Source of the DNA: Thermoproteota archaeon
GTDB lineage: Archaea > Korarchaeota > JAOZGF01 > JAOZFZ01
Assembly: GCA_027492035.1 (NCBI GenBank)
Contig: JAOZFT010000020.1
Span: 32,001-96,000, forward strand
Length of the DNA: 64,000 bases
Reading direction: 5' to 3'
Part shown: positions 18,501 through 27,856 of the stretch, piece by piece
How positions within the stretch are numbered: the first letter of the stretch is position 1
Layout of the letters: every line of letters begins with the position of its first letter
Position numbers and translations under genes: made by a program
The notes under the pieces: model-generated
The model's database searches: none
The model's input: the letters and a program-made list of their open reading frames with translations, nothing else
What the model was told of the DNA's origin: nothing

Positions 18501-20444
18501 TTAAACAACTACTTCCATTTCATCTTGTTTATTTTTTAATGCATTCTCTAAATCTTCAGCAGCAAAGTCTAAACCTAATTTTCTCAATGTTTCTGGTTTA
18601 GGTATACCTTCTAACGTCCAACCGTGGATTTTATAGTTTCTGTCAAGCATCTGATCAAACTTGTCCCTGTGAAGTTTTTCTCCCTTATAAGGACCTGATT
18701 TGATAGGTTCATTGAAGAACCTTTCTGGTGGATAATCATCCTTCCTTGTAAAACCCGCATGCAAGAAATTATAGGTTCTTTCAAGGTTGTGAATTCTCTC
18801 CCCTATCTGCATCAATTCTTCTGAACTTATATCCCAATTTAACGCAGCTGAAACTAGGTCTGCGAGGTCTTGGGGAGTAAGGAGGTCAACGTCATACCAT
18901 ACAGTTGAAAAGAAACAAATTCCCAAACTGTTCAGTACCGCATGTAATTTTTCATGATAAGCAACCAATTCAGCCTTTCCCTTATAAGTGCTTGGGTTAG
19001 TGGCTGTTGCAACTCCATATATTTTTAAAGCAGTCTCAGGAGATATTTTTTCATAAGTGTGCTCCACTATAGGTGAACCGCTGCAGTGTCCTCCTCCTCT
19101 AGTAGATAAGGCAGCTCCTAAAGCCCATCCTTTAGGCATACGCATTGTTTCGTAAAGGTCTTGTTTTTTCATGGCAATAGCGTATTTCTGTGACTTTCTC
19201 CCTACCTTTTCAGCTGCTCTCTTCACCCCTTCAGCCAAAACGTTTCCGAACCCTTCCCTGAAAGCAATCTTCCTTATAAGCTCCATTAATGTTTCATGAT
19301 TTCCCCAAACAAGTTTTAACCCATCTGTATCCTTTTCTGTCAGTATTCCTTTTTCATAGCATTCGTAAGCCCAGGCAATTGACTCCGCAGCTGTATCTAT
19401 ATCTATTCCGTACTGGTTGCAGAGGATGTGGGCTTTTATTACAGCTGGTACATAGTAAATTTCAAGTTTACTTGCGAAGTCAGCTACAGAATTTGCTTCA
19501 ACAGCTTCTCCTTCTGTACCTGTATACGGTCCCTCATTTATTTTGTAATAGGCTCTGCACCCTATAGGGCAGGAGCTACAGCTTAATTTTTTCACTTCAT
19601 ACTTTCTGAATTCTTCAGGGCTGACTTTTTCCAGTTTTTCAGGTTCTACGTATCCATTTTGGAAATGCTTTACTGGGTTGCTGCAAAGTTCATTCTTTCT
19701 TTTCATGGCGGAAATCGTGCGAAGTTCGTGGAGTCTCTTGGTTGTCCGTGACTTTTCAACCTTTTTCCATGCTTTTTTAACTAGTTTGTTGAATTTCTCC
19801 GGGTTTGCAACCTCCACTTCACCTGTGCCTTTGACAGCTACTGCTTTCAAGTTTTTAGACCCCATAATTGAACCTAGTCCGCATTTGGCTGCTGCTCTAG
19901 CTTTATTGACTATTACAGCAGCTCCTCTTACCAGTTTTTCCCCAGCAGGGCCTATTGAAGCAACTTGTACATTTCTGCCCAGTTTCTTGCGTAAAGTATC
20001 AACTGTTTTCCATGTTGTTTTGCCCCATAGTTTCGTTGCATCTCTTATTTCCACTTGTTCGTTTTCAATCCATAGAAAGACGGGTTTGTTTGCTCTACCT
20101 TTAATTATAATGTTTCCAAAGCCTGCTGCTTTCAGTGCTGGCGCAAATTCCCCTGCAGCGTTTGCTGATCCAACTCCGTTGTTGAAATAATTTTTTGAGT
20201 CAACATTGAGCCTTACAGCTCCTGGAGCCCTTGTACCCACTAAGGTTCCTGCACCTAAAAGCAACGGGTTTTTAGGATCTAAAGGATTTGTTTGGGGTGT
20301 TGTTTCTCTGTAAAGGAAATACTGATTTAAGCCCCTTCCTCCAAGGAATTTTCTGTAATATTTAACTGTTTCATTGGTTACATAAACTTTTTCTTTTCCA
20401 AGATCCACCCTCAAAACTTTCCCAAGTACATTTTCTAGGCTCAA
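18501..20444 (-). CDS. aor: Tungsten aldehyde:ferredoxin oxidoreductase family
   Basis: GGRG, IGPAGE, GSKNLKAV, CSSCPIGC, GIDID, STRGGGH, SLGIC. Confidence 0.9.
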   Translation of the reverse strand: MSLENVLGKVLRVDLGKEKVYVTNETVKYYRKFLGGRGLNQYFLYRETTPQTNPLDPKNPLLLGAGTLVGTRAPGAVRLNVDSKNYFNNGVGSANAAGEFAPALKAAGFGNIIIKGRANKPVFLWIENEQVEIRDATKLWGKTTWKTVDTLRKKLGRNVQVASIGPAGEKLVRGAAVIVNKARAAAKCGLGSIMGSKNLKAVAVKGTGEVEVANPEKFNKLVKKAWKKVEKSRTTKRLHELRTISAMKRKNELCSNPVKHFQNGYVEPEKLEKVSPEEFRKYEVKKLSCSSCPIGCRAYYKINEGPYTGTEGEAVEANSVADFASKLEIYYVPAVIKAHILCNQYGIDIDTAAESIAWAYECYEKGILTEKDTDGLKLVWGNHETLMELIRKIAFREGFGNVLAEGVKRAAEKVGRKSQKYAIAMKKQDLYETMRMPKGWALGAALSTRGGGHCSGSPIVEHTYEKISPETALKIYGVATATNPSTYKGKAELVAYHEKLHAVLNSLGICFFSTVWYDVDLLTPQDLADLVSAALNWDISSEELMQIGERIHNLERTYNFLHAGFTRKDDYPPERFFNEPIKSGPYKGEKLHRDKFDQMLDRNYKIHGWTLEGIPKPETLRKLGLDFAAEDLENALKNKQDEMEVVV

Positions 20445-20549
20445 TAAAGTTTCATCTCCGGAAAAATTTCTGAGAAAACCTGTAGATTTATGGACTCGTT
20501 AAAAAGCCTTTGTTAGGATTTTAGATAATCCCCTTGTTAAACTTGATTT

Positions 20550-21092
20550 TCACCACTGGTTTAAATGCAGAATTTCATTTAGCGGCTTTCTTTCATTTAC
20601 TTCTCCCTTTTTCTCAGCTGGGTAACCTATGGGTAACATTGCAAGTACCCTTATATGTTTCGGAATCCCTAAAGCCTTTTTGATTTTTTCTTCATTAAAT
20701 GAGCAAACCCAGCAAGATGCTAACCCTTCATTAGCAGCTGCTAATACAATATGTTCAGTTATTATTGCTCCATCGACTTTCCAGAAAGATTCACCGTCGC
20801 TTCTTGTCCAGCTTTTTGAAGGGTCGACGCAAACAACAATTATTACAGGAACCTTTTTTAACCATTCATTTGCGTAGATATCTCCCAACTGAGTAATTTT
20901 CTCCTTATCTTTAACAACTATTAAATGCCATGGTTGGTAATTGTAAGCTGAAGGAGCCAAACGCCCCGCTTCAAGAATCCTTTTTAACTTGTCTTCCTTG
21001 ACATCCTTTTTTTCATAACTTCTTATGCTTCTCCTTTTCCTTATTACTTCATAAAAATCCATTTCGCAAAACCTCCCGGAATAAAGGGGCAT
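20550..21092 (-). CDS. Nitroreductase family protein
   Basis: RRSIRSY, APSAYNYQPW, GLASCWV, IGYP. Start probably at MDFYE. Confidence 0.9.
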   Translation of the reverse strand: MPLYSGRFCEMDFYEVIRKRRSIRSYEKKDVKEDKLKRILEAGRLAPSAYNYQPWHLIVVKDKEKITQLGDIYANEWLKKVPVIIVVCVDPSKSWTRSDGESFWKVDGAIITEHIVLAAANEGLASCWVCSFNEEKIKKALGIPKHIRVLAMLPIGYPAEKKGEVNERKPLNEILHLNQW

Positions 21093-21165
21093 ATTCCCTA
21101 AAAAATCTTTCTTTTCTTAAGAAAGGTTTCTACTTCAAATTTATTTGTGTGTTCCATTAAAGGAT

Positions 21166-24078
21166 TTACTCAAGGTAAAGAGCAGGTTTTCCAGGCAGGG
21201 CTCTGCTGCTTTTTTTTGCAGGGTCATAAATTGGTTGTTCAGCTTTCTGGATATTAAGCCTTAGATTAGTTTGTTTTTCAATGTAGCTCTTTGTTTCTTT
21301 CAAGGTTTTGACTTCTTTTTCTTGTGTAGATAGCCAAATCCACTGCCCAGTTTTTGCTATTGTTTGAATTATTTTCACAACTTCTTTTCCATGCTTTTTT
21401 ATTTCTTCCTTCTTCATAAGTTCCTTAGTTAAGGTTTTGGGGTCAAGTTTCCTGGTTTCCATATAGATCTTCTTTATTTCATTCATTAACTTAAACTTCC
21501 AAGACTCTGCCACGTAGACATAAACATTGTTTGGTTTCTTCCCTAGAAGCTTGCTTATGGCATTGATGTCATCAATTAAGCTGTCAACGAACCCCATAGA
21601 CTCTTCCACTTCTTCATTAATGAATTCTTTTTTTGCCTCAGGCCAAGAGGAAACTGAAACAAGTTCTTTATGTCCAAGTTTCTCCCAAATTTCTTCAGCC
21701 ATGTGTGGAGCAAATGGAGCCAAAAGTTTAGCCCAAACATTTAGTACATTCCACATTACGGGATTGGTTGCTTCTTCGTTTTTCCTTTCCGAAACAGCTG
21801 CAAGGTATTTAGAGACTTCAAGGTCGAAAAGGTAAAAAACGTGATGAAGAGCTTCTCTCACTCTACACTCTTCCAAAGCTTTTGTTGACGCTTCTATATG
21901 TTTTTGAACCCTTGAAAGCAACCATTTGTCCCACATGGCTAAGTTACTAGGTATTTCTTTATTTTTAACCTTTGAAAACTTCTTTGTTAATTCATAAATT
22001 TTTTTAAGTCTTGAAATAGTTGATTTAGCTACTGTTTCGCTGAAGTCAGCGTCTGATAAGAGTTCAGCTGAACCTAGGATTGATAATCTTAAAGTATCTG
22101 CACCATAAGTTTTAATTGCTTCCTTTATCGGGATTATGTTGCCTAAAGTTTTGCTCATTTTCTTCCCGTTCATAGTAACTGAACCATTAACCACTATTTG
22201 TTTAGGCCAGTGTTCCCGTTTGAAAATTGCTAAATGGTTGAAAATGAAAAATGTTAAATGGTTCCAGATGAGATCTCTTCCGCTATTTCTTGAATCTAAA
22301 GGGTACCAGTACTCGAATTCTTTCCTCATTCCAGAAAGAATCTCTTGTGGAATCCCTGTTTCTTCAGAAATCTTTTCAGGGTTACCTTTTCCAAGGAAAA
22401 CATAATCAAATACTTTGTTATTGAAGAGTTTCCCTTCCAGCTTGAACTTGTTTATGTATTTAGCTATAGTGTAATAAGCCATGTAAATTGTTGAATCGCT
22501 TAAACTTTCAATTATCCAATCTGGATCCCAGGGGAAACGTGTACCTAAACCGCTCCTTCTTGCGCAAGCTCTTTCCTTAAGCCAATCAACGCAATCATAG
22601 AATTCACGCTTCACTTCATTAGGGATAATTCTCAATTCACCTAAGTAATCCTTTACCATTTTTTTCCATTCAAGGTTTCCGTAATCTATAAACCATTGAT
22701 CCTCCACCACTTTTACAATTACTTCTGTTCCGCATCTACAGTAAACAGGTGCATTCGTCAATTCATAAAACTTTATAGCTTCTTTCTTTTTTTCAAGATC
22801 TTCTTTAATTTTCTCCTTTGCTTCTTGAACCTTTAACCCTGCGTATTTACCGGTGTTGCTTTTCATCACTCCAGCATGGAATTCTTTACTGTAAATTAAT
22901 TTAGTGGCTTCCTCCAGTTTAGGGTCGCCTTGATCCTTTATTTTAAATTTTTCAACTGCATCACGGGCTGGAAACTCAGAAAATCCTTCAATTTTAATCA
23001 GTGAGATAGGTTTTATGGCTTGCACTTCATCCATGTTCAAGTTAAACTTTTTCATTTCCTTTATTTTTTTCTTTAAATCTTCCAAGGCTACGTAGTCGTA
23101 AGGGGCATGGCCGGGTACAGACATAACTAATCCTGAGCCGTAGTTGGGATCAACAAACGAAGCTGGCAAAACTAAAACTTTATCTCTAGTTAAGGGGTTA
23201 ATAACTTTCTTTCCTACAAGTTCATTGCCTTGAACATCAGAAATCGGTTTTACTTGGTGAGTTTGAGACTTAAGCTTTAAAACAGCCCTTTCAGAAGTTA
23301 TCCACTTTTCACCGTCAACTTCAACTAGTTTATAAGTAACTTCTGGATTAACCCAAATGTTAGTGACTCCTAAAGTTGTTTCAGGCCGGTAAGTAACCAC
23401 TGGAATGAAAACATTCTCGTTTTCAATTTTAAATTTTATAAGTGTGGTTTCCTCTATTTCAGGCTCCACATCCCCTATTGTGTCGTGCTGCCCCACAGCG
23501 TTTAAGCAAGAGGGACACCACCCTACAGGGTGCTTTCCTTTAACAATGTATCCTTTCTCTTTCAACTTATGAAATTGCCAAGTAATGAATTTACTGTAGA
23601 CGGAATCGATTGTTGTGAACTCCCTTCTCCAATCAATGGAGAAACCCATTAGTTTCATTCCTTCCTTTATTTCGTCCCTGAAATAATTTGCCACGTTCAA
23701 TGGTTCAGTGAAAGTTTTTATTTTGTCCTCAGGCACATGGTAAAGTTCACGGAAAGTCTTTATCAGTTCTTTATCCCCTTTCCTTACTCTTTTAGCCATT
23801 GCTAAAACAGGGGTTCCTGTAAAATGGAAAGCCATAGGCAGCAAAACATTAAACCCTTCCATTCTCTTAAATCTGGCATATACGTCCGTTAAAGAATAAG
23901 TTCTGCCATGTCCTATATGTTGAGGGCTGTTAGGGTAAGGATAAGCTACAGTGATGAAAAACTTAGGTTTATTTGACACCGGGTCTGCCTCAAAAATTTT
24001 TTTCTCAACCCAAACCCTCTGCCACTTAGTTTCAATTTCCCTCATTAACTTAACAAAATCTTTACTCAAAAGGAACAC
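21166..24078 (-). CDS. leuS: Leucine--tRNA ligase (archaeal type)
   Basis: AYPYPNSPQHIGH, KMSKT, ESLSDSTIYMAYY. Confidence 0.97.
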   Translation of the reverse strand: MFLLSKDFVKLMREIETKWQRVWVEKKIFEADPVSNKPKFFITVAYPYPNSPQHIGHGRTYSLTDVYARFKRMEGFNVLLPMAFHFTGTPVLAMAKRVRKGDKELIKTFRELYHVPEDKIKTFTEPLNVANYFRDEIKEGMKLMGFSIDWRREFTTIDSVYSKFITWQFHKLKEKGYIVKGKHPVGWCPSCLNAVGQHDTIGDVEPEIEETTLIKFKIENENVFIPVVTYRPETTLGVTNIWVNPEVTYKLVEVDGEKWITSERAVLKLKSQTHQVKPISDVQGNELVGKKVINPLTRDKVLVLPASFVDPNYGSGLVMSVPGHAPYDYVALEDLKKKIKEMKKFNLNMDEVQAIKPISLIKIEGFSEFPARDAVEKFKIKDQGDPKLEEATKLIYSKEFHAGVMKSNTGKYAGLKVQEAKEKIKEDLEKKKEAIKFYELTNAPVYCRCGTEVIVKVVEDQWFIDYGNLEWKKMVKDYLGELRIIPNEVKREFYDCVDWLKERACARRSGLGTRFPWDPDWIIESLSDSTIYMAYYTIAKYINKFKLEGKLFNNKVFDYVFLGKGNPEKISEETGIPQEILSGMRKEFEYWYPLDSRNSGRDLIWNHLTFFIFNHLAIFKREHWPKQIVVNGSVTMNGKKMSKTLGNIIPIKEAIKTYGADTLRLSILGSAELLSDADFSETVAKSTISRLKKIYELTKKFSKVKNKEIPSNLAMWDKWLLSRVQKHIEASTKALEECRVREALHHVFYLFDLEVSKYLAAVSERKNEEATNPVMWNVLNVWAKLLAPFAPHMAEEIWEKLGHKELVSVSSWPEAKKEFINEEVEESMGFVDSLIDDINAISKLLGKKPNNVYVYVAESWKFKLMNEIKKIYMETRKLDPKTLTKELMKKEEIKKHGKEVVKIIQTIAKTGQWIWLSTQEKEVKTLKETKSYIEKQTNLRLNIQKAEQPIYDPAKKSSRALPGKPALYLE

Positions 24079-24348
24079 CTAAAAGAGAGGAATAGGGATG
24101 TATTTCATTAAAAACAGAAGGAGAATGTATAGTTTAAATATATGAAAGGGAAAATTAAAAGGTTCCTTGTTTAAAACAATTCCGGCAAGTCAAGCCCCTC
24201 CTTTAAAAAGTTAAGGAGGTAAGGTTCCCATCAATGCTTATTTAAATTTTTTGTTTCCTATACAGTTATTAATTAGGAAAAATTTCAGCAGAGGAGGACA
24301 GAGTAGCTAGGAGAGAAGGAAAATTGATGATTAAGGAAAAAGAGGAAC

Positions 24349-25149
24349 TTATTGCAGAGAAAAATGTTTTAATTTTTCGTTTAAGTAATCAACTAAACTG
24401 TTTGTTTTTTTCACTGCGTGAAAGTTCAAATCTAAACCTGTCACAGCTATCTTCCCCTCCCTTTTTATGACATATACATCTGTGCCAGGTTCACCTTCAT
24501 AGAAATCCATTCTCCAACTCTTTAGAGTGTAAATGTTCTCCCATGCCTCCCTAAAAATGTCTTTGTAAACAGTATCAGCTATTTCAGCAAATACGGCCTC
24601 TGCTTTCTTCAATTTTGAGGGTACATTGATAGAAATAATTTTAACCTTAGGAGGCATTCCATTCCTAAAGACATAATTAACGGTATGTTCCAAAACAAAG
24701 GATGCAGCTTTGAACGCAACTTTGCTCCTAACCTTTACGTCACAATACGAAACAGCTATTGAAGGTATTTCGTGAAGAGCAGCTTCCAAGGCAGCGCCTA
24801 TAGTGCCTGAATTCAAGTAGTCCTCCAATCCAAGATTAGGGCCCAAATTAATGCCTGAAACTACCAAGTCAGGCCTAAATTTAAGTAATTTATAAAGGGC
24901 AAGTAATACGCAGTCGGCAGGTGTTCCATCAACACAAAAACCGTCGTTTATTTTCACTACTTTAATTGGTTTTGTAAGGGTTAAGGCTTTACCCATTCCA
25001 CTTTTAGGGTTGAAAGGAGCAACCCAAGCAAGTTTAACTAATTTTTTAAGGGTTTCCTTAGCTAACTCTAAACCTACAGATCCTACACCGTCATCGTTAA
25101 CCAACAAAACCTTTCTCAAACTCATCAACTCTTCAACAGACAGAAACAA
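24349..25149 (-). CDS. surE: 5'/3'-nucleotidase SurE
   Basis: LVNDDG, GTPADC, SGINLGPN, SGTIGAA. Confidence 0.92.
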   Translation of the reverse strand: MFLSVEELMSLRKVLLVNDDGVGSVGLELAKETLKKLVKLAWVAPFNPKSGMGKALTLTKPIKVVKINDGFCVDGTPADCVLLALYKLLKFRPDLVVSGINLGPNLGLEDYLNSGTIGAALEAALHEIPSIAVSYCDVKVRSKVAFKAASFVLEHTVNYVFRNGMPPKVKIISINVPSKLKKAEAVFAEIADTVYKDIFREAWENIYTLKSWRMDFYEGEPGTDVYVIKREGKIAVTGLDLNFHAVKKTNSLVDYLNEKLKHFSLQ

Positions 25150-25337
25150 CGTGTCTTTTTACTTCAGCGTCTTCAAAAACCAGAAAAGCAACTCTCTTTT
25201 TCATGGAACCGGTTCTGTTAACTTATTGTTGGTGAAGTGAAAGAATAAAAAAATTATTGAATTTCTCCCCTACTTCATTGGAAATAAACTTTGATAAACT
25301 TAATTTGATAACACATTGGTTCTCTTATTAAATCCCT

Positions 25338-25523
25338 TTACCATTTTCCAATCTCAAATTGATTCCGCAAGCTTCGGCAGGTGTTTTTACAAGATTTCAG
25401 AAATCTCTTCGCAACAGAAATGTAAGCCTTAACCATTTGGTAGAAATACTTTCTCAGTTTAATTTCTTTGATGAACTTGCCTATTAACTCACAGCGTCCT
25501 TGCGGCGTAAGCTTCTTTAATAT
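25338..25523 (-). pseudogene. Truncated tyrosine-recombinase (integron-type integrase) N-terminal domain
   Basis: Manual translation ILKKLTPQGRCELIGKFIKEIKLRKYFYQMVKAYISVAKRFLKS... resembles the phage-integrase N-terminal SAM-like motif (E.I.LR.YS..T.K.Y...V..FL). No start codon, no catalytic domain; divergent from the cassette array. Confidence 0.55.
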
Positions 25524-25530
25524 TCAGGCC

Positions 25531-25646
25531 AATAACTGATTATGTGAGTATTAAAAAATTTTATAAGAAGAACTTTATAAAAGTTCGTTTTAACCTCTAA
25601 ATTTAGAAGATTATGTGAATAAAGGTTTGTGAAATAATTGTTGTCC
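25531..25646 (+). other. attI-like recombination site
   Basis: Direct repeat GATTATGTGA (25538, 25609) and palindrome GAACTTT-ATA-AAAGTTC (25570-25586). Ends in GTTGTCC (25640-25646), whose complement GGACAA[C/T] opens attC1. Confidence 0.5.
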
Positions 25647-25710
25647 GAAATTGCGGCGACGGGAGAAAAAATTAAAAATAGATTACATACATTAAGTGAG
25701 GTGATCAGGG

Positions 25711-25941
25711 ATGGTCATATTAACGGCGATAATTCACAAAGAAGAAGATATGTATGTTGCTGAGTGCCCAGAAGTTGGAACTGTAAGTCAGGGTAAAACT
25801 ATAGAAGAGGCAATTTACAACCTGAAAGAAGCAACAGAATTGTATCTTGAAGAATTCCCCCTGGAAGAGAAAGAACATCCGATTCTTACGACTTTTGAGG
25901 TATCTAAAGTTATGGGAGCAGAGAAAATTGCCAAAGCTTAG
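25711..25941 (+). CDS. hicB: HicB family antitoxin
   Basis: YVAECPEVGTVSQGKTIEEAIYNLKEATELYLE; SD GAGGTGA. Confidence 0.9.
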   Translation: MVILTAIIHKEEDMYVAECPEVGTVSQGKTIEEAIYNLKEATELYLEEFPLEEKEHPILTTFEVSKVMGAEKIAKA

Positions 25942-26158
25942 AAAGATTTCTGGGGAAGACGTAGTTAAGATATTACATAACAAATTTGGCTTTCAAATAA
26001 CAGGGAGAAAAGGTAGTCATGTTAGATTATCCAAAATGACGCCTAGTGGAAAAGTTGGGACTGTGGTTCCAATGCATAAAGAACTAAAGATAGGAACCCT
26101 CAGGGGTATCTTGAAGCTTGCAAAGGTAGATATTGATGAATTCTCTAAGTATCTATAA
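25928..26158 (+). CDS. hicA: HicA family mRNase toxin (TTG start, overlapping hicB)
   Basis: LPKLRKISGEDVVKIL..FGF....KGSHVRL...VVPMHKELKIGTLRGIL. Confidence 0.9.
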   Translation: MPKLRKISGEDVVKILHNKFGFQITGRKGSHVRLSKMTPSGKVGTVVPMHKELKIGTLRGILKLAKVDIDEFSKYL

Positions 26159-26209
26159 GATTATGTCGTCACCCGCAAATTTCAGCTCCGCTCCGGTGCT
26201 AGCGCACTA

Positions 26210-26303
26210 GGACAATAGGGAGATATGTGGCTTCGCCTTCGACTATGCCCCAATCTGCTCCATTACTGTCCCGCAAACTTCACATATCCTCAAAACGTTA
26301 GGC
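26210..26303 (+). repeat. attC-like site 1
   Basis: Inverse core GGACAAT, inner inverted repeat GATATGTG/CACATATC, core GTTAGGC (26297-26303). Confidence 0.7.
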
Positions 26304-26365
26304 GTAATTCCTGCGCGCCTCAAAGATCGAAAGCTTTATAAATATTTTTTAGATTGGCAAATATT

Positions 26366-26590
26366 ATGATAGTAGAAATTGTATTAAAAAACGAACCAAG
26401 TTTGGAACTTGAAGGCTATGAAAAAATAGAGCTTCCGAACGGAGCAATTTTTGCAAACCCAGTAGAAAAGAGGGTAGAGATAGTTGTGAAGAAACATCCA
26501 GATGGTAGAGTTAGTATATTTACAGACAAATCAGAAGTGATAAAATCAGTAGTGCAACTTGGAGAAGTTGTTGATATTCACGCAAAATAG
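26366..26590 (+). CDS. Orphan cassette protein (about 74 aa)
   Basis: Intact ORF between attC1 and attC2. BRE/TATA GAAAGCTTTATAAATA at 26329-26344 favours ATG 26366 over the track start at 26354. Confidence 0.7.
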   Translation: MIVEIVLKNEPSLELEGYEKIELPNGAIFANPVEKRVEIVVKKHPDGRVSIFTDKSEVIKSVVQLGEVVDIHAK

Positions 26591-26644
26591 GTCGGCGCGC
26601 TCGGAACTTCTCCGTTCGCTTTGCTCACTCCAATTCTTTGGGAT

Positions 26645-26739
26645 GCCTAACAGCGGTTACGAGGAAAATCTGTACTTCGTTTGATTTTTTCCCAAATCGC
26701 TCTTACGAGCAACTTCTCGTAACCACAATAATGTTCAGC
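26645..26739 (+). repeat. attC-like site 2
   Basis: Inverse core GCCTAAC (exact complement of GTTAGGC opening this cassette), inverted repeat GGTTACGAG/CTCGTAACC, core GTTCAGC (26733-26739). Confidence 0.75.
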
Positions 26740-26859
26740 GGCAAGAATACCCAAATTTCGCCTTGCAGAATATAAAACTCCAAAATAATAACAACCCTCT
26801 AGAGCCCACGACACCCTTAAAATTTGTGCTTGGCGAAACTTCGCGCAACAGGAAATTAA

Positions 26860-27332
26860 GCGGTTTAACTTTGCTTCCAATTGTTGTTGGAATTTTGACA
26901 TTTGGAATAAAGCTTATTAGTAGTTCTAATTCAGAAATCTCAAGAGCGGGCTTCTGGTTGTTGCGATTTATAGTTGGTGGTATCTCATTTGCGGTTGCTA
27001 TGTAACTTTTCGAATTGACTGTGTTATACGCGACGATTTGCTATCTTAAATACTTTAGAACGAGAGATGGGGATGTTGAATGACGTATCACCGAAAAATC
27101 GCGTCAATTTACCTTTCTGAGGGGTTATCTTAGATTTAATTGGACATTAATAAAAAGCATTAGATTTCCGCCCGCTATCTTCTATTCTATCCTTGGAGGA
27201 TGTAGCATTATCCTGTTTACAGGAAATATTGCCTTTAAATCAATCATAATTGGCTTGTTGCTGGCATTATTTATTTTGCCTATTGTAATGCTGTTACCTA
27301 TCTCCCTTACAAAAGGGGTTTGGTTCAAATGA
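26860..27332 (+). pseudogene. Degraded multi-pass membrane protein cassette gene
   Basis: One reading frame with hydrophobic segments, interrupted by TAA (27003) and TGA (27081), ending ...LPISLTKGVWFK* 18 nt before attC3. 5' end lost; start approximate. Confidence 0.5.
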
Positions 27333-27350
27333 ACACGAATAACAAACGGC

Positions 27351-27438
27351 GTATAACAGAGTGTATCTGGCTCCATGCTTTAGAAACTTCGCCCAAACCC
27401 TGCTTCGCAGGACTTCAGATATGCTTGAAACATTAAGT
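27351..27438 (+). repeat. attC-like site 3 (core mutated)
   Basis: Inverse core GTATAAC, inverted repeat GTATCTG/CAGATAT, internal hairpin CCTGC-TTC-GCAGG, core ATTAAGT (G to A). Confidence 0.6.
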
Positions 27439-27503
27439 GAGATGCCCTTCGTCTTTGAAAAGATTTAAAACTTAGAGTAGAATAGAACAATAAGTGCAAA
27501 AAA

Positions 27504-27822
27504 ATGAAAAAAATCACTGGGTGAGATAAGAACAATTATCAAAAACATAAAAAAGAACTTAAAGGAAAGCATGGAGTTAAAGAAATAGGAATCTTTTTTG
27601 GGGTGAGGGGAGAAGCAAAGAAAAATAGCGATATTGACATACTGGTTGAATTCGAAAAGTCTACGGGATTCTTTAAATTTCTCAAACTGAAGAGATATCT
27701 GGGTAATTTAATAGGTGGAAAAGTGGATCTTGTACCTAAAAAAGGCGCTTAAACCACATATTGGAAAAATATATTCTTGAGGAAGTTGTAACAGTGTGGA
27801 GAAAATATACAGGGATTACATA
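27504..27822 (+). pseudogene. Frameshifted MNT minimal nucleotidyltransferase plus first codons of a HEPN partner
   Basis: Fragments HKKELKGKHGVKEIGIF / VRGEAKKNSDIDILVEFEKSTGFFKFLKLKRYLGNLIGGKVDLV / ALKPHIG / ILEEVV in shifting frames, then YRDYI. Confidence 0.8.
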
Positions 27823-27856
27823 CTGTTTTAGATCATCCTGTTCTGTAAAAAAGTTC

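Larger units (their letters stand above)
25338..27822. mobile_element. Degenerate integron-like cassette array
   Basis: Integrase stub, attI-like site, three attC-like hairpins, and co-oriented short cassette genes including TA modules. Confidence 0.7.

Noticed and set aside
27022-27031. TGTTATACGC, a 10-bp complement of the attC3 inverse core, as a cassette boundary
   Set aside because: It lies inside the pseudogene reading frame with no attC arm upstream; chance cannot be excluded.
26647-27376. Track ORFs 26647..26901 (-) and 27182..27376 (-)
   Set aside because: Antisense shadows over attC sites and the plus-strand pseudogene.
26160-27440. CRISPR array or tRNA/ncRNA explanation for the GC-richer hairpins
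   Set aside because: No identical regularly spaced repeats and no cloverleaf or TTCGA arm; cassette-end pairing fits attC better.
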